NCBI GenBank assembly: GCA_964418675.1
Contig: CAYQMM010000001.1
Span: forward strand, 68,892 to 132,891
Direction: 5' to 3'
Source of the DNA: an uncultured Candidatus Bathyarchaeia archaeon
GTDB taxonomy: Archaea; Thermoproteota; Bathyarchaeia; Bathyarchaeales; Bathyarchaeaceae
Length of the DNA stretch: 64,000 bases
The notes below the pieces were generated by a model, which saw only the letters and a program-made list of their open reading frames with translations, did not search any database and was not told the origin of the DNA. This document shows, one piece after another, positions 9,289-18,325 of the stretch (position 1 is its first letter; the number at the start of each line of letters is the position of its first letter). The position numbers were made by a program, and so were the translations under genes.

Positions 9289-10533
9289 TCAGAATATTGC
9301 CATTTGTGCCCTGTTTCCAAGGGTCTCCTCTATGCGAATGAGCTCGTTGATTTTCGCCACCCGCTCTCCATGTAATACACCAGTCTTGATGACTGGACAA
9401 GAGAAGGCAACTGCTAGGTGCGCTATATGCGCGTCAGTTGTTTCTCCAGAACGATGAGACATAACCGGCACATATCGGGCTCTTTTTGCCAGTTGGGTAG
9501 TCTCCCACGCGTCGGTGAGGGTGCCCACTTGATTCGTTTTTATGATAATCGAGCTCCCGGCACAAGTTTTTATTCCTTTAATTAACCTTTCGTGGTTTGT
9601 GACGAAAAGGTCGTCGCCGCAGATGAGGCAGTTCTTTACTTTTTTCGTGAGTTCCGCAAAGCTTTCGTAGTCTTCCTCATGGAAGGGGTCTTCAACATAA
9701 GCAAGTTTATAATCTTTGATGAGGTGCAGCATAAAATCTAGCTGTTCTCCCGAATCTCGTTTGGTTCCTTCCATGGAATAAAAGTAAACCTTTTCTTTCT
9801 GTCTCCACAGACTGGAAGCAGCAACATCGAGACCTGCCCTGCATTCGATGCCCCGCTCCTCTGAAACCTCTTCACAAGCCTTCACAACTATCTTCAAAGC
9901 TTCTTCATTCTTCATATTGGGCGCCCAAGCTCCCTCGTCTCCTGTTCCACCTGTAAAGGTTTTATCTGTTTTTTTGAGAGCAGCACCAATCTTTCGATGT
10001 ACCATAATGTTGGCTTTCGCCGCCTCTGCGAAGCTGGGTGCCTTAAGTGGAATAACCAGATATTCTTGTATGTCTGGGGTCTTTCCTATGGCGTGTTTTC
10101 CTCCGCCCAGCACGTTTCCTAGAGGATAGGGAAGCTCATTTGCGAGGTATCCGGATAGATGCTGAAATATGGGTAAGCCGTAGGAGGTTGCGGCTGCTTC
10201 TGCCGTGGCTAGGGAGATAGCGAAGCCCGTGTTTCCTCCAATACTTCCGAAGTTCTCTGTTCCGTCGATTTCATGAAGAAGAGCATCAATTTCTTTCTGT
10301 TCTTCAGCGTCCATGCCGATAAGTTCAGGGACGACTAGCTCCTCTACCTTTTCTATAGCCTTATCCACTCCTCCTTCAGGATAGGAAACAACCTCAGCTT
10401 TGCCTTTGCTGGCTCCGGCTGGGGCTGCCGCTCTTCCGAACCCATCAGTAGTCATAATGTCTATTTCCAGCGTTTCCTCTCCTCTACTATTGAAAAGTTT
10501 TCTCGCCTCAACATCTTCTATGATGGATGACAT
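9289..10533 (-). CDS. eno: Enolase
   Basis: 414 aa; N-terminal ARKLFNSRGEETLEIDI, and SHRSGETTD near the C-terminus. Confidence 0.9.
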   Translation of the reverse strand: MSSIIEDVEARKLFNSRGEETLEIDIMTTDGFGRAAAPAGASKGKAEVVSYPEGGVDKAIEKVEELVVPELIGMDAEEQKEIDALLHEIDGTENFGSIGGNTGFAISLATAEAAATSYGLPIFQHLSGYLANELPYPLGNVLGGGKHAIGKTPDIQEYLVIPLKAPSFAEAAKANIMVHRKIGAALKKTDKTFTGGTGDEGAWAPNMKNEEALKIVVKACEEVSEERGIECRAGLDVAASSLWRQKEKVYFYSMEGTKRDSGEQLDFMLHLIKDYKLAYVEDPFHEEDYESFAELTKKVKNCLICGDDLFVTNHERLIKGIKTCAGSSIIIKTNQVGTLTDAWETTQLAKRARYVPVMSHRSGETTDAHIAHLAVAFSCPVIKTGVLHGERVAKINELIRIEETLGNRAQMAIF

Positions 10534-10548
10534 GTCTCTATTCCCCTG

Positions 10549-10776
10549 CTAAAATGGCTGGGTATTGTTTACTTTTCCTTTTTCTTCGTAAAACTTGAGG
10601 ATTTCATCAGCAATCTCTACGTGAGAAAGAAGCATTCGGCGACAGCAATATCTTGTTAACCCTAAGCTGTCAAGAACCTTTTTTGTATCTTCTCCGGCTT
10701 TGATCCTTCTGGTGAACTCTTCCCATTTGTCACCTATCAACTTGCCGCATGTGAAACAGCGAACTGGGATAATTAT
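10549..10776 (-). CDS. rpoN: DNA-directed RNA polymerase subunit N (Rpb10)
   Basis: The ORF-track version (TTG 10740) begins at IGDKWEEF and keeps the CCRR motif. The conserved N-terminus [11 protein letters not shown] is encoded in frame upstream, after stop 10785-10783. The only plausible initiators there are ATA 10776 or ATT 10773, 9 nt after GGAGGT. Confidence 0.8.
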   Translation of the reverse strand: MIIPVRCFTCGKLIGDKWEEFTRRIKAGEDTKKVLDSLGLTRYCCRRMLLSHVEIADEILKFYEEKGKVNNTQPF

Positions 10777-10799
10777 TTCAACTCAACCTCCATAACTAT

Positions 10800-11213
10800 T
10801 TATCTGTAGCTTTTCTGATCCCTAGCCCTAGCGCCGGGACCTCCGAACTTTTTAGGTTCGCTTCTTCTAGGATCACCGGCAATCATTGTTCGATCATAAT
10901 CTCTAAGGGCAGTGCGAAGACGCGTGCTTTTAGTCCACTTCAGGAGACCCTTAGCTATAGCCATACGTGCCGCCTCAGCCTGTCCCATGAAGCCTCCTCC
11001 AGAAACCTTAACGTTGATGTCAAGTTGACTCAGGACCTTTTCATCTGTTAGGAGTAAGGGTTCCAGAATTTTGTCGCGAGCAAGTTTCGTTTCATAAATC
11101 TCTAAGGGCACATTGTTTATTCGGACTCTTCCCTTTCCAACTCTAACTGTCGCTCGGGCTATTGCGGTTTTCCGCTTCCCACTTAGTACCATAACCTTTT
11201 TTGATTTAGACAA
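10800..11213 (-). CDS. rps9: 30S ribosomal protein S9 (uS9)
   Basis: [13 protein letters not shown]...[23 protein letters not shown]. Start placed at TTG 11213, just after the L13 stop and 9 nt after GGAGG. ATG 11192 is an alternative. The ORF-track extension to 11261 overlaps rpl13. Confidence 0.85.
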   Translation of the reverse strand: MSKSKKVMVLSGKRKTAIARATVRVGKGRVRINNVPLEIYETKLARDKILEPLLLTDEKVLSQLDINVKVSGGGFMGQAEAARMAIAKGLLKWTKSTRLRTALRDYDRTMIAGDPRRSEPKKFGGPGARARDQKSYR

Positions 11214-11214
11214 C

Positions 11215-11655
11215 CTATTCAGCCTCCGGGGTCCACCCAATCTCCTTAGCCAATTCTCCAACGGTTATATAAGGTGATTTTAACTTCTCTGCGCTGGCTT
11301 CAAGGAGTGTTTGGATTTCTTTGTCATTAAACTCCGAGGGAGTACCAAGGTAAACTTTGAGTCTTTTGTAGGCTTGCTGACCTTTCGATTTCTGCCGAGG
11401 AAGCATACCGCGGATAGTTCTGCGAACAATCTTGTCAGGTCTTCTAGGGTGATAGGGTCCCTTTCTTGGGTGACCCACCTCAAGGAACGTTTTAGCGTCC
11501 TTTACTATGCTTAGTCTCTTGCCGGATATGGCTGTTTTTTCAGCGTTTAAAACGATGATGGTCTCGCCTTGGAGAAGACGTTTAGCTATGATGCTAGCCA
11601 TTCGTCCAAGAATCAGTCCCTTAGCGTCGATAATTATGGCATTTTCAGGCATCAC
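11215..11655 (-). CDS. rpl13: 50S ribosomal protein L13 (uL13)
   Basis: 146 aa; [14 protein letters not shown]...RRTIRGMLP motifs. Confidence 0.9.
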   Translation of the reverse strand: MMPENAIIIDAKGLILGRMASIIAKRLLQGETIIVLNAEKTAISGKRLSIVKDAKTFLEVGHPRKGPYHPRRPDKIVRRTIRGMLPRQKSKGQQAYKRLKVYLGTPSEFNDKEIQTLLEASAEKLKSPYITVGELAKEIGWTPEAE

Positions 11656-11658
11656 AAT

Positions 11659-12021
11659 TCACCCCATGACTCTCACGTTTGTGCCCTCTGGGTTCTTCTC
11701 CATCAAGTCTCTTATTGATAAGCAATTCCCCTTAGCCTCTCGAATCTTTGATTGCGCCCGGTCAGAAAAGGCGAAGGCTGCTATAGTCATGGGATGATCG
11801 GCTTTTCCGGCACCCAGAACTTTACCCGGAACAGCAACCATGTCTCCCTCTTTCGTGTGACGGTTTAATCGGCTTACGTTTACGGCTATACGGCTTCTTT
11901 TTGGAGCTGACAAGCGTTCTGCCAAGTAACGCCATACTTCTGTTTGTTTTTCTTGTGATTTCTTCCTTAAATCTCGAATGAGCGCAATAAGCTCCGGATT
12001 GGTTGCCTTTACTTTCTTCAC
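11659..12021 (-). CDS. rpl18e: 50S ribosomal protein L18e (eL18)
   Basis: 120 aa; NPELIALIRDLRKKS, VNVSRLNRHTKEGDMVAVPGKVLG. Confidence 0.85.
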   Translation of the reverse strand: MKKVKATNPELIALIRDLRKKSQEKQTEVWRYLAERLSAPKRSRIAVNVSRLNRHTKEGDMVAVPGKVLGAGKADHPMTIAAFAFSDRAQSKIREAKGNCLSIRDLMEKNPEGTNVRVMG

Positions 12022-12839
12022 TTCTTCATACCCTTTTTTAGTTGAATGGAAAAATCCTTAAGTTTGTTGTCAAGAATTTTGAGAGCTTCAGTAATGATTC
12101 GTTCTACCGGAAGTGCTCCGGTGGATTCGATTTTAAAAATGAAAGCTTCCTTGTCCCAAGATATTTCAAGGGCTGGCGGGTTTTGGGGGCAAGCATCTAC
12201 ACAATCCATACAGAGGGTGCAGTTGATTACTTCCTGAGTTTTTATCCCTTCAGCCATGTCTACAAGAACCTCTTCGGGACACACCTTAACGCATTTAGCA
12301 CATGCGTCACAGCGTTCTACATCAATCTTGATTTTTGGCAGGTACATATAAGTGCACATGGAAACAGGCTGCCATTTCGCATGTTTCTTCCCTTTCCCCA
12401 GTCGAGCGTAAGCTTCCAAGTTTATTCGTTGCTCAGGAGCCAACTTCACTATCGGAATCTTGCTGCTGACCGGAGTGATGTCAGGGTTCTCTGACTTCAA
12501 ATCTCCTGAATAAACAGTGATCGTCTTATCCGTGGCTTCGGTTTCCAAGGTCAAATTTGCTCGGCAAAGGTTGCATCCCAGCTCGCTTTCGCATTTGCAT
12601 TCTTCAGGAAGGTTGTAAGAATCTAGGTCGGTTTTGAGGGGTATGAGTCCCATTCTGTGGGCGAGGATTTCATCGTGAAGTATGGAAGAATTTTCGAGGA
12701 TGACAATTTCATCTATAGCCATGGCGGGAACTTCGGTAAGCATGATTCGCCGTAACGCGTTTACAAAGGGTACATTGGCTCCTCTAACAATGAATCGCAT
12801 GAAATCATCGGTTTTTTCTAGGATTTGAATCTCTACCAC
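12018..12839 (-). CDS. rpoD: DNA-directed RNA polymerase subunit D (Rpb3-like) with ferredoxin-like domain
   Basis: 273 aa, GTG start; NALRRIMLTEVPAMAIDEI. Two CxxCxxCxxxCP motifs (CDACAKCVKVCP, CTLCMDCVDACP). Confidence 0.9.
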   Translation of the reverse strand: MVEIQILEKTDDFMRFIVRGANVPFVNALRRIMLTEVPAMAIDEIVILENSSILHDEILAHRMGLIPLKTDLDSYNLPEECKCESELGCNLCRANLTLETEATDKTITVYSGDLKSENPDITPVSSKIPIVKLAPEQRINLEAYARLGKGKKHAKWQPVSMCTYMYLPKIKIDVERCDACAKCVKVCPEEVLVDMAEGIKTQEVINCTLCMDCVDACPQNPPALEISWDKEAFIFKIESTGALPVERIITEALKILDNKLKDFSIQLKKGMKK

Positions 12840-12995
12840 AGTTAAGCCTCAATTGTAGTAGCGCGTTGAAAGCTCGTGCTTTTCAATGAGTAAGAGAGCC
12901 ATTATTTCAATATTGTGGTTTCTGAGAGGACCCGAACCATGTATATTACAGGTGTTTAAGCCCTGCATTTCACAATTTTCGCGATAATTGCAATA

Positions 12996-13391
12996 TCAGA
13001 CTCTGCGTCCTCTGCGTCCGCCCTTCCTCCGGGTTCCGTCGTGAGGGATGGGCGTCACTTCTTCAATACGACCTACGCGGAATCCCGCCCTTGCCAAGGC
13101 ACGTATAGCAGCTTGGGCTCCTGCCCCAGGCGTTCTGGCACCTGATCCTCCTGGAGCTCGGACTTTTACGTGTATAGCTGTTATTCCTTTGTCTTTGGCT
13201 ATATTGGCGGCATGGGCTGCGGCTCGCATTGTAGCGTATGCTGACGATTCTAGCCGGTCTGATTTGACGTGCATGCCTCCTGAAGACCTTGCTATGGTTT
13301 CTGCGCCTGAGATGTCTGTGAAATGGATGATTGTGTTGTTGTAGGAGCTGTAAACGTGAACGACTGCCCATTTCTCAGCTTTTTTACTCAC
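12996..13391 (-). CDS. rps11: 30S ribosomal protein S11 (uS11)
   Basis: 131 aa; [16 protein letters not shown]...[10 protein letters not shown]...[12 protein letters not shown]. Confidence 0.9.
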   Translation of the reverse strand: MSKKAEKWAVVHVYSSYNNTIIHFTDISGAETIARSSGGMHVKSDRLESSAYATMRAAAHAANIAKDKGITAIHVKVRAPGGSGARTPGAGAQAAIRALARAGFRVGRIEEVTPIPHDGTRRKGGRRGRRV

Positions 13392-13950
13392 GGCTCTCTT
13401 CCTCCTTACTTGGGGCTGCTGGTCCGGTTGAGACGCTTATGGAGCTTTGTAGGGGATGCTCGGGGTTTGTAAGAGGACTTTTGGGGGCGTAGGCTATTTT
13501 TGTTTCTTCATTCTTGAGTACCAAATAGCTTGGAGTGGAGACTCTTCTTCCTTCAATGGCAATGTGGCCATGGGTGATAAGTTGACGGGCTTGCTGTATT
13601 GACTTAGCTAAACCCTTCTGGAAAACAAGCGTTTGAAGCCTACGTTCAAGAATGTCTTCCAAGCTCATGTCTAAAACGTCATCTAGTGCAGCTTCATCAG
13701 GCAGGATTCCTAGACGGTGAAGCCTGTCTAGAAGCTGTTTTTCCTGTCTGCTTCGTTCTTCAATTGACATGCCCAAAAGTGAACGCCCGATGCCACGGTA
13801 CTTTGAGAGTAAGGTTTTGTGGCGCCATATCTCTCGTTTATTTCGTAAACCGTATTGACCGAGCAGCTTGAGTTCAGTGTCCAATGCGTCGGTCTGCCAA
13901 GGGAACCGGGGTGTATCAAACTTTTTCCTTTGTTTCTTGGGGTCTCCCAT
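13384..13950 (-). CDS. rps4: 30S ribosomal protein S4 (uS4)
   Basis: 188 aa; [18 protein letters not shown], with S4 RNA-binding-domain segment [28 protein letters not shown]. Confidence 0.9.
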   Translation of the reverse strand: MGDPKKQRKKFDTPRFPWQTDALDTELKLLGQYGLRNKREIWRHKTLLSKYRGIGRSLLGMSIEERSRQEKQLLDRLHRLGILPDEAALDDVLDMSLEDILERRLQTLVFQKGLAKSIQQARQLITHGHIAIEGRRVSTPSYLVLKNEETKIAYAPKSPLTNPEHPLQSSISVSTGPAAPSKEEESRE

Positions 13951-14418
13951 TTACTCTTTCCGCACCCGTTCCCTTTGTTTTTTCTTTACGCCTATAGCCT
14001 TGCCCTTTCTACCAGTTGTTCTGGTTCTCTGCCCTCGGACTTTCAATCCGTAGCTGTGACGGAAGCCTCTCCATGATCTTATCTTTTTCTGGTCGTCTAT
14101 GTCGTTTTTTGTTTGAAGAACTAGGTCTGAGCCTAAGAGATGAAGGTTGTTTCCTGTTTCTCTGTCTTTTCGCCGATTTAGCAGCCACAGGGGTATGCCA
14201 TATTTCTGGGGGTTTTTGAGGACATCCTCAATCGTTTCTACGTCAGAGCTGGAAAGGAAACCCATTCGCGCTTCTGGGTTGATTCCAGCTTTCTCTATGA
14301 TGGCGTTTGCTAGTTTTATTCCTACACCCTTTACACTTGTCAGGGCGTAGGTTACCGGCTGGGTTCCGTTAATGTCGGTTCCTGCAAACCTTATGATGTG
14401 CTGAAACTCTCTGGACAT
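13951..14418 (-). CDS. rps13: 30S ribosomal protein S13 (uS13)
   Basis: Start at ATG 14418 (MSREFQHIIRFAGTDING...). C-terminal GLKVRGQRTRTTGR. Confidence 0.9.
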   Translation of the reverse strand: MSREFQHIIRFAGTDINGTQPVTYALTSVKGVGIKLANAIIEKAGINPEARMGFLSSSDVETIEDVLKNPQKYGIPLWLLNRRKDRETGNNLHLLGSDLVLQTKNDIDDQKKIRSWRGFRHSYGLKVRGQRTRTTGRKGKAIGVKKKQRERVRKE

Positions 14419-14632
14419 CTTGAATACACACGTCTCTTTTAGGCTAACTACCGAAGTGAATTGCATTTTATAAGGTTTCCTTTATTTGCATTGCTTCTTT
14501 TCAACAGACCCGAGAAAAAATGTGCACACAGCCAACTCGGTTATTTTGACCTTGCTATTCCGGTGCAGTTACAGCATTCTTTTACGATAAGTTTTTTTGC
14601 AGCAACTTTGTTGCTCTCTGTAGGGCTTAAGT

Positions 14633-15865
14633 TTGGCGCGGCTTAAAGGATTCGAGAAACTCACGAACGTGGATGTTGCTCTTTCATCTTTCTTAGAAAA
14701 ACTTAAGCCAGAAAGGTTGGATTCTGAACGAATCCCAATTCACGCGGCACTAGGACGAGTCACGGCAGGAGACACCCGAGCCCAATATCATCTGCCGCCA
14801 TTTGACCGCTCTGCAGTAGACGGCTACGCCCTGAAAGCAAAAGACACCTTCGGAGTCTCTGCCTTTAATCCCAAAATCTTCAAGCTGACCGAAAACCAAG
14901 TCCATGAAAACGAAGCGAAAGAACTCTGGACTGGAAACCCGGTTCCGGAAGGCGCTGACGCCGTAGTTATGCTCGAATACACCAAGAAGTTAGAGGACAA
15001 AATCGAGCTGGGAACGGCAGTTACTCCCGGCGAAAACGTCTCCAAAAGAGGAGAGGACGTGACTAAAGGGGACGTGGCAATAACGGCTGGAACCCGATTG
15101 AATCCCCATCACCTAGGCTTACTGGCGGCGTTAGGTGAGACCCATGTTGACGCTGTCAGGAAACCGAGGGTCGCCATCTTATCCACCGGAAACGAACTCG
15201 TAGAGCTGGGTCACAAACTTGAGCCTGGCAAGATAGTGGAGACTAACCGACTGATTTTCTCTAGCATGTGCAGAGAGCTGGGCGCGGAACCCAGAGAATT
15301 GGGCATAGCCAAGGATGACCTCAGGGAGATAACCGCCAAAATCAAGGAAGGATTAGACGAGGCAGATGCTGTCATCACCACGGGAGGGACAAGCGTCGGA
15401 TATCCGGACTTGGTTCCCATGGCAGTTAACCAGCTAGGAAAGCCCGGGGTCATCGTGCACGGCGTAGCTATGAGACCTGGCATGCCAACAGCGCTGGCAA
15501 TCCTGAAGGGCAAACCCGTCTTCATATTGTCTGGAAACCCCGTGGCAGCCACCATTGGCTTCGAGGTTTTCGTTCGCCCCCTCCTTCTGAGGCTGCTGGG
15601 ACTTAAAAGGGAGCCCAGACCAGTCATCAAGGCGAAACTAACCAGAAGAGTTGCGGCGGCGTTGGGACGCCGAGTTTTTTTGAGGGTTCGTGTTTTTGAA
15701 AGAGACGGCGGCTTCTTCGCTGAGCCTGTTCGCGTTAAGGGGTCTGGTGTGCTCACAACTATGACAAAGGCAAACGGTTACGTGATTATTCCTGAAAACC
15801 GTGAGGGACTGGTGGAGGGAGAACCCGTCAACGTCCACCTCTTCTGCAGCATCAAGGGGGAGTAG
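14633..15865 (+). CDS. moeA: Molybdopterin molybdenum/tungsten transferase MoeA (paralog 1)
   Basis: 410 aa, TTG start; PPFDRSAVDGYA, TGNPVPEGADAVV, ILSTGNEL, TTGGTSVG, PGMP motifs. Confidence 0.85.
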   Translation: MARLKGFEKLTNVDVALSSFLEKLKPERLDSERIPIHAALGRVTAGDTRAQYHLPPFDRSAVDGYALKAKDTFGVSAFNPKIFKLTENQVHENEAKELWTGNPVPEGADAVVMLEYTKKLEDKIELGTAVTPGENVSKRGEDVTKGDVAITAGTRLNPHHLGLLAALGETHVDAVRKPRVAILSTGNELVELGHKLEPGKIVETNRLIFSSMCRELGAEPRELGIAKDDLREITAKIKEGLDEADAVITTGGTSVGYPDLVPMAVNQLGKPGVIVHGVAMRPGMPTALAILKGKPVFILSGNPVAATIGFEVFVRPLLLRLLGLKREPRPVIKAKLTRRVAAALGRRVFLRVRVFERDGGFFAEPVRVKGSGVLTTMTKANGYVIIPENREGLVEGEPVNVHLFCSIKGE

Positions 15866-15866
15866 T

Positions 15867-17123
15867 ATGTTTAGAAAATTAGTTTCATTTGACGAAGCCA
15901 AACAGATTCTCAGACAGAACCTTTCTCCTAAACCCCTTGGGGCGGAGCGGGTTTCCCTCTCGAAAGCCCAGGGTCGGGTGCTAGCCCAACCTGTTGTGGC
16001 GCCCATAAATATTCCCCCCTTTAGTCGGTCAATCGTGGATGGCTATGCCGTGAAAGCCGCTGACACCTTTGGCGCGAGTGAGGAGAAACCGGTTTCCCTA
16101 GGATTCTGTGGACAAGTTGCAGTTGGCGAATCTCCCAGCGTAGTTGTCGAAAAGGGTTTGGCTGCTGAGATAGTCACTGGAGCGCCCCTGCCTGAGGGCG
16201 CTGACTCTGTGGTTATGGTGGAGTACACAAACCGACAGGGAGACAATGTCCTCATACACCGTCCAGTTTCAACGGGCGAGAACATGATGGCGGCGGGTTC
16301 TGACATCCGTAAGGGTGAAATGGTTCTTAGAAAAAGTCGGGTTCTGGCTTCCCGTGAGATTGGGGTTCTGGCTGCCATAGGCTTGACGGAAGTTACTGTT
16401 TACAAGCGTCCCAAGGTAGCCATAATCTCCACGGGAGCGGAAGTTGTAGAACCAGGAAAAACCCTTCCCCCCGGAAAAATCTATGACATAAACGCCCATG
16501 CCCTAAGCGCAGCGGTTCTGGAAAGCGGAGGAGAGCCGATTAACTTGGGAATCATCCCCGACAAGAGGGACCGACTGGAAAAAGCTTTTGGGAAGGCATT
16601 AGCTTCGGCGGATACAGTGATAACTTCTGGCGGAGTCTCTGTTGGTCCCAAAGACCTCACTCCCCAAATCGTGGATACGCTGGGAAAGCCTGGTGTGATC
16701 ATATCTGGAATAGCCGTGAAACCCGGGAAACCCACAACCATCGCGGTGGTTGACGGGAAGCCCGTTTTTTCTCTGCCCGGTCACCCCACATCCTCCCTCT
16801 TCATGTTCACTGTCTTCGTCCGCCCCATACTTCTTAAGCTGGCTGGGAGAACCGAAGAAACAGTGCCTAAGCTTAGGGCGGTAACGGCTACGAAGATGTT
16901 TCCGGCAAGGGGGCGCCGAACCTTCATAATGGTAAATTTGACCTATGACAAAACTGGGACGCTGCTTGCCACTCCAGTTCCTACTGGTTTGTCAGGTGCC
17001 ATAACCACTTTGGCGAAGGCTGAAGGTTTCGTTGAGATATCTGAGAAACAGCAGTTCATTGATGCGGGAACAGAAATAGACGTTTATCTATTTGGAAAAT
17101 TGAGAAAGCCTAAAATAGCCTGA
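15867..17123 (+). CDS. moeA: Molybdopterin molybdenum/tungsten transferase MoeA (paralog 2)
   Basis: Start at ATG 15867, 1 nt after the paralog-1 stop. Same motif set (PPFSRSIVDGYA, TGAPLPEGADSVV, IISTGAEV, TSGGVSVG, PGKP). Confidence 0.85.
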   Translation: MFRKLVSFDEAKQILRQNLSPKPLGAERVSLSKAQGRVLAQPVVAPINIPPFSRSIVDGYAVKAADTFGASEEKPVSLGFCGQVAVGESPSVVVEKGLAAEIVTGAPLPEGADSVVMVEYTNRQGDNVLIHRPVSTGENMMAAGSDIRKGEMVLRKSRVLASREIGVLAAIGLTEVTVYKRPKVAIISTGAEVVEPGKTLPPGKIYDINAHALSAAVLESGGEPINLGIIPDKRDRLEKAFGKALASADTVITSGGVSVGPKDLTPQIVDTLGKPGVIISGIAVKPGKPTTIAVVDGKPVFSLPGHPTSSLFMFTVFVRPILLKLAGRTEETVPKLRAVTATKMFPARGRRTFIMVNLTYDKTGTLLATPVPTGLSGAITTLAKAEGFVEISEKQQFIDAGTEIDVYLFGKLRKPKIA

Positions 17124-17129
17124 ATGTTT

Positions 17130-17504
17130 TCAGTTGAAGTCTTCTCTTTTAGTTATTGTGTAGATGAAGGCTATCAGTAGTATGATCATGTATGCTATGA
17201 GGGCTGTGTGGAACAGTGGAGCGCCTCCAAAGGTCTGCAAGACAATAGAGGTGTTGAGGGTTATTGCTGCAAATGTTACTCCTAAAAAGAAGATGCCGAT
17301 TACAAGGGGCACAGACCATTTTTTCATCCTGAAGAAACCGTAGGCTGTGATTAAACTCAGGATTCCTAGAGCTCCGATGTGGGGGGGCGTAACAGAATTC
17401 TCGATTGCCCAATAGCCTACTTCAACCACTCCGACGACAATGTAGAATAGTGAGAATAGAAACACCATTGGATTTTCGATATTAAACCTTGACTTCGACG
17501 TCAT
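17130..17504 (-). CDS. Hypothetical small membrane protein (about 4 TM segments)
   Basis: 124-aa ORF with four long hydrophobic stretches. No recognisable motif. Confidence 0.45.
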   Translation of the reverse strand: MTSKSRFNIENPMVFLFSLFYIVVGVVEVGYWAIENSVTPPHIGALGILSLITAYGFFRMKKWSVPLVIGIFFLGVTFAAITLNTSIVLQTFGGAPLFHTALIAYMIILLIAFIYTITKREDFN

Positions 17505-17700
17505 CTCACATCCCTTGCACTACCGCTAGTGTACAACAGGTAATAAATTAGTTTCTCAAGAATTTGCTTGCAGCATGCTCATTTTCAAAGAATTAACGTC
17601 GTAGGAGACAGATGCTCTGAATGGGGAAGATAGATTTGTTGTAATAATTGTGTTTTCATAAGTGTTATCCCCTAATAGTCGAATCCTGATTCCGATCAAA

Positions 17701-17928
17701 ATGGACCCGAAAAAAATGCTTTCAAAGGAGATATCCGCCAAAGTCAAGGGTCACATCAGCGAACAAACCGTTAATGAGAAAGTGGACCAATTCTTCAAGC
17801 ACGGCAACACCTTTCTTCTCTTAGAATTAGTGAGCCTAAGAAGGGAAGTTGAAAGCCTGAGAGAAGAGCTTCAGTACCAGAGAAAAAGCAAGCGAAGAAG
17901 TTCTCTCCGCGCACTAGCTGTTCCATGA
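17701..17928 (+). CDS. Hypothetical small charged/coiled-coil-like protein
   Basis: ORF 17662..17928, with ATG 17701 likely (MDPKKMLSKE...). Heptad-like SLRREVESLREELQYQRK. Support is only ORF length and position in an otherwise empty gap. Confidence 0.3.
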   Translation: MDPKKMLSKEISAKVKGHISEQTVNEKVDQFFKHGNTFLLLELVSLRREVESLREELQYQRKSKRRSSLRALAVP

Positions 17929-18011
17929 GACGTTAAATCTCCCCTGTACCCTTTTTTCGCAAGCTTTAATAGTAAACAAATCTTGGCTGTATCGTTGTTG
18001 AGGAACTGCGG

Positions 18012-18257
18012 ATGGGTCAATTTCCTGAGGAGATTGTAAAGAAAGCGTTTGCAAGAGCAAATGCCCGATGCCAATGTGAAAGAGAAGGACATGCGCATTC
18101 AACCTTTACATGCTTCAAACAGATTGAATGGAAAAATCGGGGAAGCACATGGGAAGCCCATTATAGGGTAAGCCCCGAAGAAGGCGGAAAACCCACCGTA
18201 GAAAATTGTGAAATCCTCTGTTGGGACTGCTATACCCGAACGCTTCAGCCCCAATAA
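18012..18257 (+). CDS. Small HNH-nuclease-like protein
   Basis: 81 aa. Pattern RCQCEREGHAH...WEAHYRVSPEEGGKPTVENCEILCWDCY matches the mini-HNH layout (CxC...H...H-x3-P-x3-GG-x5-N-x3-LC-x2-C-H), but the final His is Tyr. Confidence 0.5.
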   Translation: MGQFPEEIVKKAFARANARCQCEREGHAHSTFTCFKQIEWKNRGSTWEAHYRVSPEEGGKPTVENCEILCWDCYTRTLQPQ

Positions 18258-18325
18258 TTCTAAATCCTCTATCTACCTTACGTTAAATTGATATGTAACA
18301 CAATAAATTCTGGGACTGACTAAAC

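Noticed and set aside
12840-12995. 156-nt gap between rpoD and rps11 with a T-loop-like GGTTCGGGTCC on the minus strand (12928-12938)
   Set aside because: I could not build T-stem pairing or any acceptor, D or anticodon arms. There is no C/D-box pair either. It is most likely an internal promoter or spacer.
13048-13371. Alternative-frame ORFs (98 aa on +, 102 aa on -) within rps11
   Set aside because: They are embedded in the high-confidence S11 gene. The products are Arg/Pro/Ala-rich shadow translations.
15211-16006. Minus-strand ORFs of 181 and 122 aa inside the moeA genes
   Set aside because: They are antisense to strongly supported moeA paralogs in a G+C-rich stretch, where long shadow ORFs are expected. 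The products are Ser/Pro/Thr/Arg-rich and not protein-like.
14633-17123. Tandem moeA duplication as a novelty
   Set aside because: Paired MoeA paralogs are common in archaea. Both copies keep all motifs, so this is ordinary and is recorded only as features.
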